DNA of 64,000 nt from an uncultured Holophagales bacterium. GTDB taxonomy: Bacteria; Acidobacteriota; Thermoanaerobaculia; Multivoradales; UBA5704. How positions within the stretch are numbered: position 1 is the first letter of the stretch; each line of letters opens with the position of its first letter. Under the pieces are notes generated by a model. The model did not search any database. It was given only the letters and a program-made list of their open reading frames with translations, and was not told the origin of the DNA. The stretch covers positions 640,001 through 704,000 of the forward strand of contig CAWJGT010000009.1 of NCBI GenBank assembly GCA_963842525.1. The letters run 5' to 3'. Position numbers and translations under genes: made by a program. Shown one piece after another: positions 49,001 through 58,224 of the stretch.

Positions 49001-50348
49001 TCAGGCCAGTCTCCTGAGGCCTGGCGCCTCGAACCGCAGCTCTGGCCGGTGCTGGGCCTTCTTGAGGAACTCGGCCACTGCTGCAACCACTTCTATCTCC
49101 GCCTTCTCGGACCCGATGGCCTGGCAGAGATAGGTGAGAGCGGCGAGGGCTTCGCGATGGATGTGCAGGGAGGTGAAGATGGGGAGCATCTCGCCCGCCA
49201 GCCGCTTCAGCTCGGCGGTCCGGCCCTGACGGGCGTACAAGGTGGCGAGCTCGAGGGAGACCAAGGCGGTGTCGTAGGGGATGCCCTCGGCGAGGAAGCC
49301 GTCCCGGGCCGCGCGGAGGAGCTGCTCGGCCAGGTCCGGATGGCCGAGGCCGCCCAGGATACTCCCCCGCACCCACGAACGCCGGTTCTGGACCCAGGGC
49401 TCGGCAAAGTCCCGATAGAGAGGCCGAGTCCGCCGGTAGACCTCCCGAGCCTCCTCGAACCGGCCGGCTTCCGTCAGGTAAAAGGTCAGGTTGTGCTGGG
49501 CACAGAGGAGGAGGCGAGGCTCCTGCTCGGCATCCAGGAGGTCGAGGGACTGCCGGAGCAGGGGCATGGCCGTCTCGAGGTCGCCTTCGATGGCATGGAT
49601 GGTCGAGAGCTTGACCAGCGAGCGGCCAGCTCGGTGCGGCTCGCCGTGGCGGCGGAAGATCTCGAGGGCCTGCTGGGAGAGACGAATCGCCTCTCCGAAG
49701 AGGTGCTGGTCCCGTCGCAGGGACGCTTGGAGGTCGAGGTGGACAGCGGTTACGAGAGGATCTCCGGTGCCTTGGCGGAGATGGGAGGCTGCCCGGGCGA
49801 ACGCCTTCTCAGCCGCGCGAAGGCTGGAGCGCACACGGCGGGCATTGCCGATGAAGGCCCAGGCCAGCGCCCGCAGATCCTCCAGAGGCCCGGCACCGTA
49901 GAGGTCTGCATCCAGGAGATCGGCGAGGTGGAGGGCCATCCGGTCCAGATCCTCGGCGTGCCGCGGGTCGCGGGTGGCGGTCTCCAGACTTCTTTCGATC
50001 AAGAGCTCGGCGAGCCCCCAAGTGCGGAGCCGCTGCTCGTGGCGGAGGAGACGCTCTCGTTCCTTGGCCGGCTTCTGGAGAAGCCCGACGAAGAGCTCCC
50101 GGCGCCTCGATCCGCTCCCGGGCGAGGATGGAGGCGAAGGCGAGGGCGGGCCCGCGGAGCGGCGGCGGGGGCTCCGGATCTTCGGCGATCCTCCCGGCGG
50201 CGCCCGGGACGCCGTGGCGCCGCGCGATCCCCGAGAAGCGGTTCTGGCAGTGCGGGCAGGTGCCGAGGTGGAGCAAGACCTCCCGGTCCTCCCCGGACTG
50301 GGCCAGATACACATCCTCCAGGCGAAGATCCGTCGGATGCTTCTTCAA
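49001..50348 (-). CDS. TPR protein with an N-terminal HxxxCxxC motif, apparent frameshift at ~50100
   Basis: AAGGAG RBS plus TTG start and HLGTCPHC. Removing one G joins RERIEAP to ELFVGLL and the TPR helices. Confidence 0.8.
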
Positions 50349-50449
50349 GAGCCCTCTCCTTTCCAGGCGCGAGGTCGGCAGCGGATCGCGTCTCTACACT
50401 ATATCAAGTTGCCGCAGACCGGAAAAGAGGGACAAACTTCTCGAAGCAG

Positions 50450-50476
50450 GAGCGCCGGCCTCCGGAACCGGCGCTC
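50450..50476 (-). terminator. Hairpin between the peptide gene and the TPR gene
   Basis: GAGCGCCGG-N9-CCGGCGCTC, with only a weak U tract. Confidence 0.4.
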
Positions 50477-50493
50477 GGTCGACTGTCGCGGGC

Positions 50494-50736
50494 CTAGCCG
50501 TCAGGGTCCATGGTCCCTCCGGCATCCACTTGGCTCCCGGCACATCTTCCGTCGGGGTCCATGATGCATCCGGCATCGGTGAAGACGGCGGCCAGCCAGC
50601 TCTCCAGGAGATCCAGCAGGCGCGCCGGACCGGAGGGGGCGGGCGCAGGGCCAAGGGGAAGGGCAAGGGCGGCGCCGGTCAGGAGGAAGGCCAAGGCGAT
50701 CGCCAGGGCGGTCCGGTGGAGGTTCCTTCGAGGCAT
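50494..50736 (-). CDS. Small secreted peptide, 80 aa, with a duplicated DAGxxMDPDG core
   Basis: AGAGGAG RBS, Sec-type signal peptide, C terminus DAGCIMDPDGRCAGSQVDAGGTMDPDG. Confidence 0.8.
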   Translation of the reverse strand: MPRRNLHRTALAIALAFLLTGAALALPLGPAPAPSGPARLLDLLESWLAAVFTDAGCIMDPDGRCAGSQVDAGGTMDPDG

Positions 50737-51183
50737 GAGATCGATCTCCTCTCGGCGATCCTCCCGCAGAGGCCTCCTTGGCCCCGCGGGGGACCGTTGC
50801 CGGAAGAGTGGCACTTTCGGGGTGCCTTTGCGCGCTCTTGAAGTGCTTGCGTAACGAGTCCCCTACGGCATAGGCGGTCGGCCGGTCACCGTCTAAGATC
50901 TAAGCCGGCGCACCCAGCAGTGGACCGGATGCTTGTAAGCTCTTTGACCGCAGATCCTTCCGACCTTGAGGCCATGCGCTGCCGCGGCAGCCTTACGGCC
51001 GATTTCAAGTACATAGAGGTATGGCGATGCACCTCGTCTTCGTGGATTTGGAAGCCGGAAGCAGGCCCTAAGTACATCGGCGGGAGGTTGCCGCATAATC
51101 TCAGGTATAGATTGGCTGCAGTAGAGTTATTAACAAGGCAGGAGCTCGGCCTAGGCAAACCGGCCGAGTTCCTGCAGCTCTTA

Positions 51184-52499
51184 GGGCTCGTCACAAAATA
51201 ACTGTCCCAGATTGGACTTCCTCCATTGGGCGGATCGTATAGTTCCATTCACCGTGGAAACTGTCGCAACTGAGGCGCACTTTCTTCACCTCCTGCCGGG
51301 TTATTTTACGTCCTGGCGGATACTTCCTTGTGTCGATCTCCGCACGGACCTTGAGCCCCGTCTTGGTCGTTGTCGCGGCGATCAGGTTAACGATGACCTG
51401 ATGGCTGACGAGGGGCTTTCCTCGCCAATTTTGGCTGATGAAGGAGAACAGCCGATGTTCGATCTTGTTCCACTTACTCGTGCCAGGAGGGAGATGGCAC
51501 ACCGAGATCGGTATCCCAAGCTCATTGGCCAGTTGCTGAAGCTCAATTTTCCACAGGCGGAGACGAGCGCCATTGCTGCCGCCTCCATCAGCGGTAATCA
51601 GAAGACGCCGAGCGTCGGGAAAGGCCTCCAGCCCCATTGACCGCCACCAGCGGCGAATTGTTTCCACCGCGAAACTGGCTGTATCGTGGTCCGTACCCAC
51701 GCTGACCCAGCCTCTGTTGTTCGCCAGATCGTACACACCATAAGGAATGGCGCGGCCCAACTCGGGTATCACAAAGTCATGAACCTTGACCCTTTCGGGA
51801 GTGCCTTGAGGCCGTAGCTCACGGCCTCCATTTTTGAACTCACCCACCAGCTCTTTCTTCTTCGTGTCCACCGAGATCACAGGATCGCCGGTTGCTTGAT
51901 ACTCCTCCACCAGCCGATTGATATGCCCGAACTGTGCATCCCTGTCCGGGTGGCTGGAGCCTTCCAGAGTCTTGCTGTTGGCCTGAAGGCTGTATCCAAG
52001 CTCATGCAGGATCGAGGCAACCATGCGATGGCTCGTCTGATGCCCGATCCGCTTTAATTCGTCGGCCAAACGGCGAACACTTTTACAGGTCCAGCGAAGG
52101 GGCGACTCGGGATCTCCGCGCATGGTGGGATTGACGAGTTGCTCCAGGTCCGTCTTCAACGTCTGATCCACTTCGGCAGTTTTCTTCCTGCCGCCGCCCG
52201 GTCGGCGAGTTCTCCTGGCAGGAGACCGAGGCGCCGAAACCTGCCGTAACTCTTTGAGGCCTCTGTTGATCGTACGGCGAGAAATCCCGGTGGCTCGCGC
52301 CACTACGGAAGCGCCCCCAAATCCAAGTGCTTCCGCTTCTGCAGCGGCGAAAAGTCGGCGCATCCTCTCGTCAAGGTTCTCTTCAAGCAACTCAAACCTT
52401 CGCCGAATCGCCGTTTCGTCGTACATCCAACCCGAGTATACAGCAGAAAACACTTGACATGGACACCCAAATGTGGGACAGTTATTTTGTGACGAGCCC
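51184..52499 (-). mobile_element. ISAzo13-family insertion sequence
   Basis: Terminal IR GGGCTCGTCACAAAATAACTGTCCCA at both ends. 3-bp TSD TTA at 51181-51183 and 52500-52502. Confidence 0.93.
51191..52426 (-). CDS. ISAzo13 transposase, intact
   Basis: GDPESPLRWT, ISVDTKKKELVG, ITADGGGSN and PPGTSKWNKIEHRLFS. Confidence 0.95.
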   Translation of the reverse strand: MYDETAIRRRFELLEENLDERMRRLFAAAEAEALGFGGASVVARATGISRRTINRGLKELRQVSAPRSPARRTRRPGGGRKKTAEVDQTLKTDLEQLVNPTMRGDPESPLRWTCKSVRRLADELKRIGHQTSHRMVASILHELGYSLQANSKTLEGSSHPDRDAQFGHINRLVEEYQATGDPVISVDTKKKELVGEFKNGGRELRPQGTPERVKVHDFVIPELGRAIPYGVYDLANNRGWVSVGTDHDTASFAVETIRRWWRSMGLEAFPDARRLLITADGGGSNGARLRLWKIELQQLANELGIPISVCHLPPGTSKWNKIEHRLFSFISQNWRGKPLVSHQVIVNLIAATTTKTGLKVRAEIDTRKYPPGRKITRQEVKKVRLSCDSFHGEWNYTIRPMEEVQSGTVIL

Positions 52500-52721
52500 T
52501 TAGCACCCGCTGTATTGGGCGCAGTAGGCGTCGCAGGTGTAAAAATCGTCAGGACAACGATCCATACATTGACAGTAAGTTGGTGCTGCAACTGCCTCTG
52601 CTTTCACCTGCTGAGGAAGGAGGAAGAAACTACCCGTAAGAGCTAGGGAAAGAACTAGGAACTTCAACGCGAACTTTCTCAATGTGGTCTTCTTTCGACT
52701 TAGCGCGCTTATTGCTCGCAT
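52500..52721 (-). CDS. Small secreted Cys-rich peptide
   Basis: Basic N region plus a hydrophobic core, then PTYCQCMDRCPDDFYTCDAYCAQYSGC (6 Cys). Start uncertain. Confidence 0.65.
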   Translation of the reverse strand: MRAISALSRKKTTLRKFALKFLVLSLALTGSFFLLPQQVKAEAVAAPTYCQCMDRCPDDFYTCDAYCAQYSGC

Positions 52722-53252
52722 GTTTATTGTGCTTGCTAGTGCCCGTTCGCAGCCGGGGAGGGCATCTCCTGAGGTGTGCCTAGGGCCCGCATCTCGCTCC
52801 GCCGGCTGCTACGTTCGATTTGCCGACTACAGGATGTCTTGCCGGGTTGCCGGTCTTTCCTCTTCAACAACAGATTTTGCGGTAGTATTCCTCCAACAGG
52901 TAAAGAGCAAGAGCGCATGTACATCGACCTAAAGCGAAGGCCGGCCAGCCGGGTGTTGCACCGGACGGCTGAGGCTTCTGGTTTTACTGAGGCGTTCGAG
53001 GTAGAATTGGAGCAGCCCAAATAGGGGCTGCCAACTGAGGCGGCGGAGCCAAGCTGCTGATTCCATGGGGCTTGGAAGAAGCGGGCAGGAGCACGGACTC
53101 GGGCTCATGTCCAGCTATCTTGCGGGGGGTAAGGGCCAAATGGGCCTGAAAAGCCCATTCCTGCTGCATTTCGGGCCGTGTCAAGAAATCAGGCAGGGGT
53201 GCACAATCTTTTGCGGTCGACCCAAATCGCGGTACTTCTGAGGGTTTCGAGG

Positions 53253-53276
53253 GGTGCGACTCGCCGAGGGTACATT
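53253..53276. repeat. 24-bp direct repeat, copy 1
   Basis: GGTGCGACTCGCCGAGGGTACATT, identical at 57919-57942. Confidence 0.85.
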
Positions 53277-53299
53277 GTTCGCTGGTACCTAACCAGTAC

Positions 53300-53590
53300 C
53301 TAACCAGGCTCGGCAAAGTCGCGATAAAGCGGCCGAGTCCGCCGGTAGACCTCCCGAGCCTCCTCGAACCGGCCGGTTTCCGTCAGATAGTAGGTCAGGT
53401 TGTGCTGGGCACAGAGAAGGAGGCGGGGCTCCTGCTCGGCATCCAGGAGGTCGAGAGACTGCCGGAGCAGGGACATGGCCGTCTCGAGGTCCCCTTCGAT
53501 GACATGGATGGTCGAGAGATTGACCAAAGACCGGCCGGCGCGATGGGCCTCGCCCTGGTGGCGGAAGATCTCGACGGCTTGCTGCGAGAC
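53300..53590 (-). pseudogene. Internal fragment of a paralog of the 49001-50348 TPR gene
   Basis: Closely matches ~49398-49680 (AGRSLV..LSTIH..EGDLETAM...FAEP). Confidence 0.85.
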
Positions 53591-53752
53591 CTTGGTGCCC
53601 ATAGGGGAGATCGTGGAACCGGAGGTCTCCTGTCACCAACTGGCAGGTCCGTTGTAGAATAAGAGAGGTAGCGCAGTGGAGCCGTCCTGTTCGGCTGGCA
53701 CTTCTGACCTGGGGTTCCCTTCCTGCAGCCCATCGGGCCGCGAGCCCGCTCC

Positions 53753-55078
53753 TCACCTCGCTGGCTGCACGAGGCGCGCGACGGCTCCCGCCAAGCGCTC
53801 GATATCTTCCGCCCGGGGTGGGTTTTCTGCTTTCTGCCAGTGCGACGTGCTGATCAGATACTCCAGCGATCCCGTCGGAGGAATGTCCGCGAGCCGTAGA
53901 GTGAGGACCGGTGTGCGCAAGCTGACAGCGCGCTCCACCTCTCTCTCGACGTAAGGAGAGGCATTGGCGTGAGCTGAGAAAATGAGGACGAGAGCTTTGG
54001 CGGCGCGCAGACCCCGCATGATGGCGTCGGGATAGGAGACTCCCGTTCCGACGTCCCGAGGAGCGATCCAGCATGCCAACCCCTGGCGCTCCAACTCTCC
54101 GCAAACTGCGAAGGCGGTCTGCCGGTCCGGGCTGGAGTAGCTGATGAAAGCATCGATCTCAGCCTGGGGAGGTCGCACGGCATCGCGGCGGCTCTCCGGA
54201 TGTGAAGCCTTGGAGTGCGGCGCCCACCGGAGAATGCCTTCAATCTGCTCGGATCTCACCGACGCCGCGGCGCGCGCCACCGGATCAGACTCTTGGAGCA
54301 TCTCTAGCTGGAAGCCGGTGGCGATCGAATCCTGGAGGAGGTCCGCGGGTTCCTCTTCGAGAGGAGATTCCGTGAATCCGTAGCGTCTCATGCGGAGCGC
54401 GAACTCCTCGTCGACCAGTCGCATGAGGTAATCCCAGGCCTGCTCGTTGCCGCAGCCCACGACCTCATCCAACAGATAGGCAGTCTCGGGAAGACGATCG
54501 ACGATCGATCTCTGCAGGTTGTAGAGGCTTCCGGGAAACGCGTCGTGCAGCTCCATGCGGACGAGCTGCTTCTTCAGCCAACGCAGGTCCTCTCGCGGGA
54601 TCGAGCGGCGGAGTACATTGATCTGATAGGCTACTTTCCATCCTTGATCCAGAGCGGCCAGGAAGAGGGGATCGACGGCCGAAAAAAGGCGAAAGTCGCT
54701 GGCCAGCAGGTATTCTCCGGCACGATAGCAACCTGGCCGCATCCACGCCTGCCGGGCAGGCGGGAAGCCCGCTGAAAGCTCATCGTGCTGGGCCTGCGAT
54801 GAGCTGAGAATCGCGTCCACTCCGGGAAGATTGCACAGCTCCTCGACGAGGGCTTCGAGAGAAGCCCTCTCCGACGCGGGGTAGCTGAGCAGGAGAACCC
54901 GGTTGGTCGTCCGCTCCGCGATCTGAGTCCGGAGCGCGAAGCTCGCGCCCTCGATCAAGCCGGGTAGCAGGACTTCGGACAGATCAGCGGGCGAGCCTGC
55001 GGCTCCGGCCTGCATTGGCAAGCCAAGCGCCGCTTGAAGAATCTCGCCTCCCGGCGCTTCAAACCGCGCTAGATACAC
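53753..55078 (-). CDS. Protein with an unknown N-terminal domain and a C-terminal TIR domain
   Basis: DAFISYSSPD...WIAPRD...LIFSAHANASPYVEREVERA. Confidence 0.85.
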   Translation of the reverse strand: MYLARFEAPGGEILQAALGLPMQAGAAGSPADLSEVLLPGLIEGASFALRTQIAERTTNRVLLLSYPASERASLEALVEELCNLPGVDAILSSSQAQHDELSAGFPPARQAWMRPGCYRAGEYLLASDFRLFSAVDPLFLAALDQGWKVAYQINVLRRSIPREDLRWLKKQLVRMELHDAFPGSLYNLQRSIVDRLPETAYLLDEVVGCGNEQAWDYLMRLVDEEFALRMRRYGFTESPLEEEPADLLQDSIATGFQLEMLQESDPVARAAASVRSEQIEGILRWAPHSKASHPESRRDAVRPPQAEIDAFISYSSPDRQTAFAVCGELERQGLACWIAPRDVGTGVSYPDAIMRGLRAAKALVLIFSAHANASPYVEREVERAVSLRTPVLTLRLADIPPTGSLEYLISTSHWQKAENPPRAEDIERLAGAVARLVQPAR

Positions 55079-55098
55079 TCAGCTCCTCCGCCCGCGGA

Positions 55099-56646
55099 TC
55101 AGGCGACCCTGCGGAACCGCGGGCGCAGCTTCTCCTGCTGTTTCTTGCCAGGCTTTTCTGTCCCGGCGATTCCCTGCCTCGCCTCGCGGACGATGGTGAA
55201 GTCGATTTCCTGGTCGACCTGGTGCTCTTTGAGCGCCTGCTGGACGGTCTTCGTGACGATCGAGTGGATCCATTCGAGCAGGAAGTTGGCGTCGGTGATG
55301 TCGTACTCGTTCGGTGTATGCCACGCGGTAGTGACTCCATAGGCTCGGACAGTCCGGCCGCTGTCGCGCTCCTTCCCGTGCCCCACCATCTTTTCGGTCC
55401 ACGTGCCGCCGTTGATGTGAGCATCCCACCCGACGTAGAGATCATTGCCATAGGGGTAGAGGTGAACGAAGCCGATGGCGCGCCGGAGCCGCACAACGAT
55501 CTGTCGGCGTTCAACCTTGCCATCCACACCCGGGTACCAGATGTCCTCTTCCGCGACATAAAACTTGTCCCGCCCCTCTACACCTTCTTGGGAAGTGATC
55601 CCGGAGCCGGCAGACAGCTCGCGCAGGAGCATTTCCTTCACGGGGCTCGCATGAACGGCAAGGTCGCGAAGCACAGCTTGCCACGAGTCCATCCGTAGAA
55701 GCAGGCGGGGCTCTTGCCAGGGTTTTCCTGAAGACAGGCTGAACACCCGCTTCTGCCGTTCGAACAACCACCATACGACTGCTGCGAGGGCCAGCAGGAG
55801 CAAACCGGCGAGCGGCAAGGCATACAGCACCAATCCCATTGCCACAATCATCAGATACACAGAGACCCTGTGAGAGGGTTTGACCCGAACTATCTTGTTC
55901 TTCGGCCGCCACAGCTGCCACGGGAAGATACGGCAACGCTCCGGCCGCAAGGAGAGCTTTTCGGACTTTTCCGCGAGATACCGGCAGATCGTGGCCGCCT
56001 CCTCGCGGGTGAACTGGATGACCGAGAAATATCTTTTGATCTTGACGCTGTCGTTGACGACGATGGTGAGCTCCTGCTCAAAGCGATGAAACTCGCGTGG
56101 TTGCACTGTCACCGTAGCATGAGCGCGCAACGACAGATCCTCTTCCAGCGGTATCTGCACACGAACTTCGACCCAAACGCTCTCGCTGTAGGGCGGAGAC
56201 TTGAAAACCTCTGCCGCGATGCCCTCTTGTTTGCAGGCGTCCGTGAAGTAGCCGTAGATCTGATCTCGGACAGCTTCGGCCTTGCTGATGCTGTTCGAAT
56301 CGTTGCGGGGGATCATCGAGGTCGCCTGGTCTGACTCAACTTCCATCGCGGGGGCTCCTTTCTCGCCTGGTTTCACCGCACGAGCCTTCCACCAGGCGTA
56401 GGCCGCAAATAAAATCGAGGCATAGCCCACAAGCGCAAGCACCTGAGTGATGGTGCCGAGCGTGTCGCTATATCCGTAGCCGAGGGGCTCGAAGAGAAGA
56501 CGTACAAGCCCTCCTGAGCCCCAAGCCATGAACCCGAGCACGAGCCAACCCCTGCCGGCAAAATAGGGTGCTCTATAGATCAGCAAGGCACCAACAAACT
56601 CCAATACAAAGAAGAATTTACCGAAATGCTCGAAGATGAAATCCAT
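55099..56646 (-). CDS. Hypothetical membrane protein, 515 aa
   Basis: Three N-terminal TMs, a soluble domain, two TMs and a soluble C-terminal domain. Ends 20 bp before the TIR gene. Confidence 0.8.
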   Translation of the reverse strand: MDFIFEHFGKFFFVLEFVGALLIYRAPYFAGRGWLVLGFMAWGSGGLVRLLFEPLGYGYSDTLGTITQVLALVGYASILFAAYAWWKARAVKPGEKGAPAMEVESDQATSMIPRNDSNSISKAEAVRDQIYGYFTDACKQEGIAAEVFKSPPYSESVWVEVRVQIPLEEDLSLRAHATVTVQPREFHRFEQELTIVVNDSVKIKRYFSVIQFTREEAATICRYLAEKSEKLSLRPERCRIFPWQLWRPKNKIVRVKPSHRVSVYLMIVAMGLVLYALPLAGLLLLALAAVVWWLFERQKRVFSLSSGKPWQEPRLLLRMDSWQAVLRDLAVHASPVKEMLLRELSAGSGITSQEGVEGRDKFYVAEEDIWYPGVDGKVERRQIVVRLRRAIGFVHLYPYGNDLYVGWDAHINGGTWTEKMVGHGKERDSGRTVRAYGVTTAWHTPNEYDITDANFLLEWIHSIVTKTVQQALKEHQVDQEIDFTIVREARQGIAGTEKPGKKQQEKLRPRFRRVA

Positions 56647-57179
56647 ATGCTATCCCCTGGGTCCGATTTCGCGGATGGAACCACCCTGACCGGTCGTGTG
56701 GGTCTGGCCTAGGGGAAATCCCATGTACCTTCTCCAATCTATCGATACTGCTAGCTTAGGACAGTTGCTAAGGCACGTCAATGAAATCGACGGCGGTGCA
56801 TATGCAGAACGCGCCCGCCGGGCGGATCGGAGACGGGTTCCAGCTCATCCAGACAGCGGCCACGGATCCCTGCCCTCATAGGTTCCACCTGATTCTGAAA
56901 CCGGTCTTCTCCCCGGGAGACGCCGAAGGACCCGCGAGACGATGAGCTTGCCGGTCTTCCTCTCAACCCGATATGCTGGACCGGAGATGCGCTACGAGAT
57001 TATTCTCTCCCATGTGGCAGTCGCTGATCGTCGCTGACTCAAAGCACACGATCGGGTGGAGAGTGAGGCGACCGGTGGCGGATGAAACGTGGTGAGGGCT
57101 GAGCTGCGGCCCGCAGAACGAGGAGGACAGCGATGGGCTTCCCGGCGCAAACTGTTACACTAGGTGATATACTTTGCCA

Positions 57180-57557
57180 GTGAGGCGGGTCTTCAAGACC
57201 CGGCACTTCAGCCGCTGGATGCGCAAGACCGCCCTGACCCAGGAGGCGCTTTGTCTTGCGGTCTCAGAGATGGAAAATGGCCTCATCGACGCCGGTCTTG
57301 GAGGCGGCGTAGTCAAGAAGCGTGTTCCTCTACCCGGCCGCGGAAAGAGCGGTGGGGCGCGGACTTTGCTGGCGACGAACAAGGGCAGTCTCTGGTTCTT
57401 CGTGTTCGGCTTCGAGAAGAACGAGCGAGCCAACGTCAGCATCAGAGAATTGGAAGCCTTGAAGGCGATCGCCGCCGACCTCCTCAAGCTCTCTTCGGCA
57501 GAGCTCGACAGCCTGGTCGACAGTGAAGCGTTACAGGAGATTTGCCATGAGCACTAA
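57180..57557 (+). CDS. RelE/ParE-family (HigB-like) toxin
   Basis: VFKTRHFSRW, LGGGVVKKR, GKSGGART and FEKNERAN. Confidence 0.92.
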   Translation: MRRVFKTRHFSRWMRKTALTQEALCLAVSEMENGLIDAGLGGGVVKKRVPLPGRGKSGGARTLLATNKGSLWFFVFGFEKNERANVSIRELEALKAIAADLLKLSSAELDSLVDSEALQEICHEH

Positions 57558-57870
57558 GAGTAAAAAGACCAGCCGGATCCTGGACGCGGTTCGCGACACG
57601 GCGCGTGATCTCCATGCTGCCGGCTTTGTCTCCAAGCGCAGAATGAAGGAGTACGACGCCTTGTGCCTGGTCCCTATACCGGAATATTCCGCTGAGACGA
57701 TCCGTGCCTTGCGCGAGCGGTACAAAATCAGCCAGGCGGTCCTGGCGTCAATCCTCAACACAAGTGTTTCGACGGTTCGGCAATGGGAGGTCGGCGAAAA
57801 ACATCCGAGCGGTCCTTCGCTCAAGTTGCTCAACCTGCTGGATCGCAAGGGGCTGGAAGCGGTGATCTGA
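57547..57870 (+). CDS. XRE-HTH (HigA-like) antitoxin
   Basis: IRALRER..SQAVLA..LN...TVRQWEVG.K.PSG. Confidence 0.92.
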   Translation: MSTKSKKTSRILDAVRDTARDLHAAGFVSKRRMKEYDALCLVPIPEYSAETIRALRERYKISQAVLASILNTSVSTVRQWEVGEKHPSGPSLKLLNLLDRKGLEAVI

Positions 57871-57918
57871 AGAGGCCGTCGGCTCTGGCGGGCGGCGTGG
57901 CCTCATAGGGTTAAGAGA

Positions 57919-57942
57919 GGTGCGACTCGCCGAGGGTACATT
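57919..57942. repeat. 24-bp direct repeat, copy 2
   Basis: Identical to 53253-53276. Confidence 0.85.
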
Positions 57943-58224
57943 CTGCGGCTTCGATTGCGCCCGAATTCCCACTCCCGAGGGACTTTACGGGGCTGAACGA
58001 GCGGACAGCCGCGTCGTTCCTCACAAGGGCTTCGTAAGAAAGCGTAGTAATCTCCAGAAGAGCCCGCGTATGGAAGCTCGTACCCTGGCAAGGCCGGAAG
58101 GTTGGGGGTCAAGAGACACAAGCTGATCACGAAGCGCACGCGAGAGAGCTTCCAGGGCAAGTCTGAGCTCTTCACACAGATGGGCCAGGGCTGTGGCCCT
58201 TTCGATCAAAATGCTGTCTGCCTG

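Noticed and set aside
50886-51183. Short ORFs between the peptide gene and ISAzo13
   Set aside because: No recognisable motif or RBS. Probably degraded DNA.
53020-53230. Possible IS-end remnants (GTGTCAAGAAAT, TGCACAATCTTTTG)
   Set aside because: No matching partner IR, TSD or transposase fragment could be confirmed.
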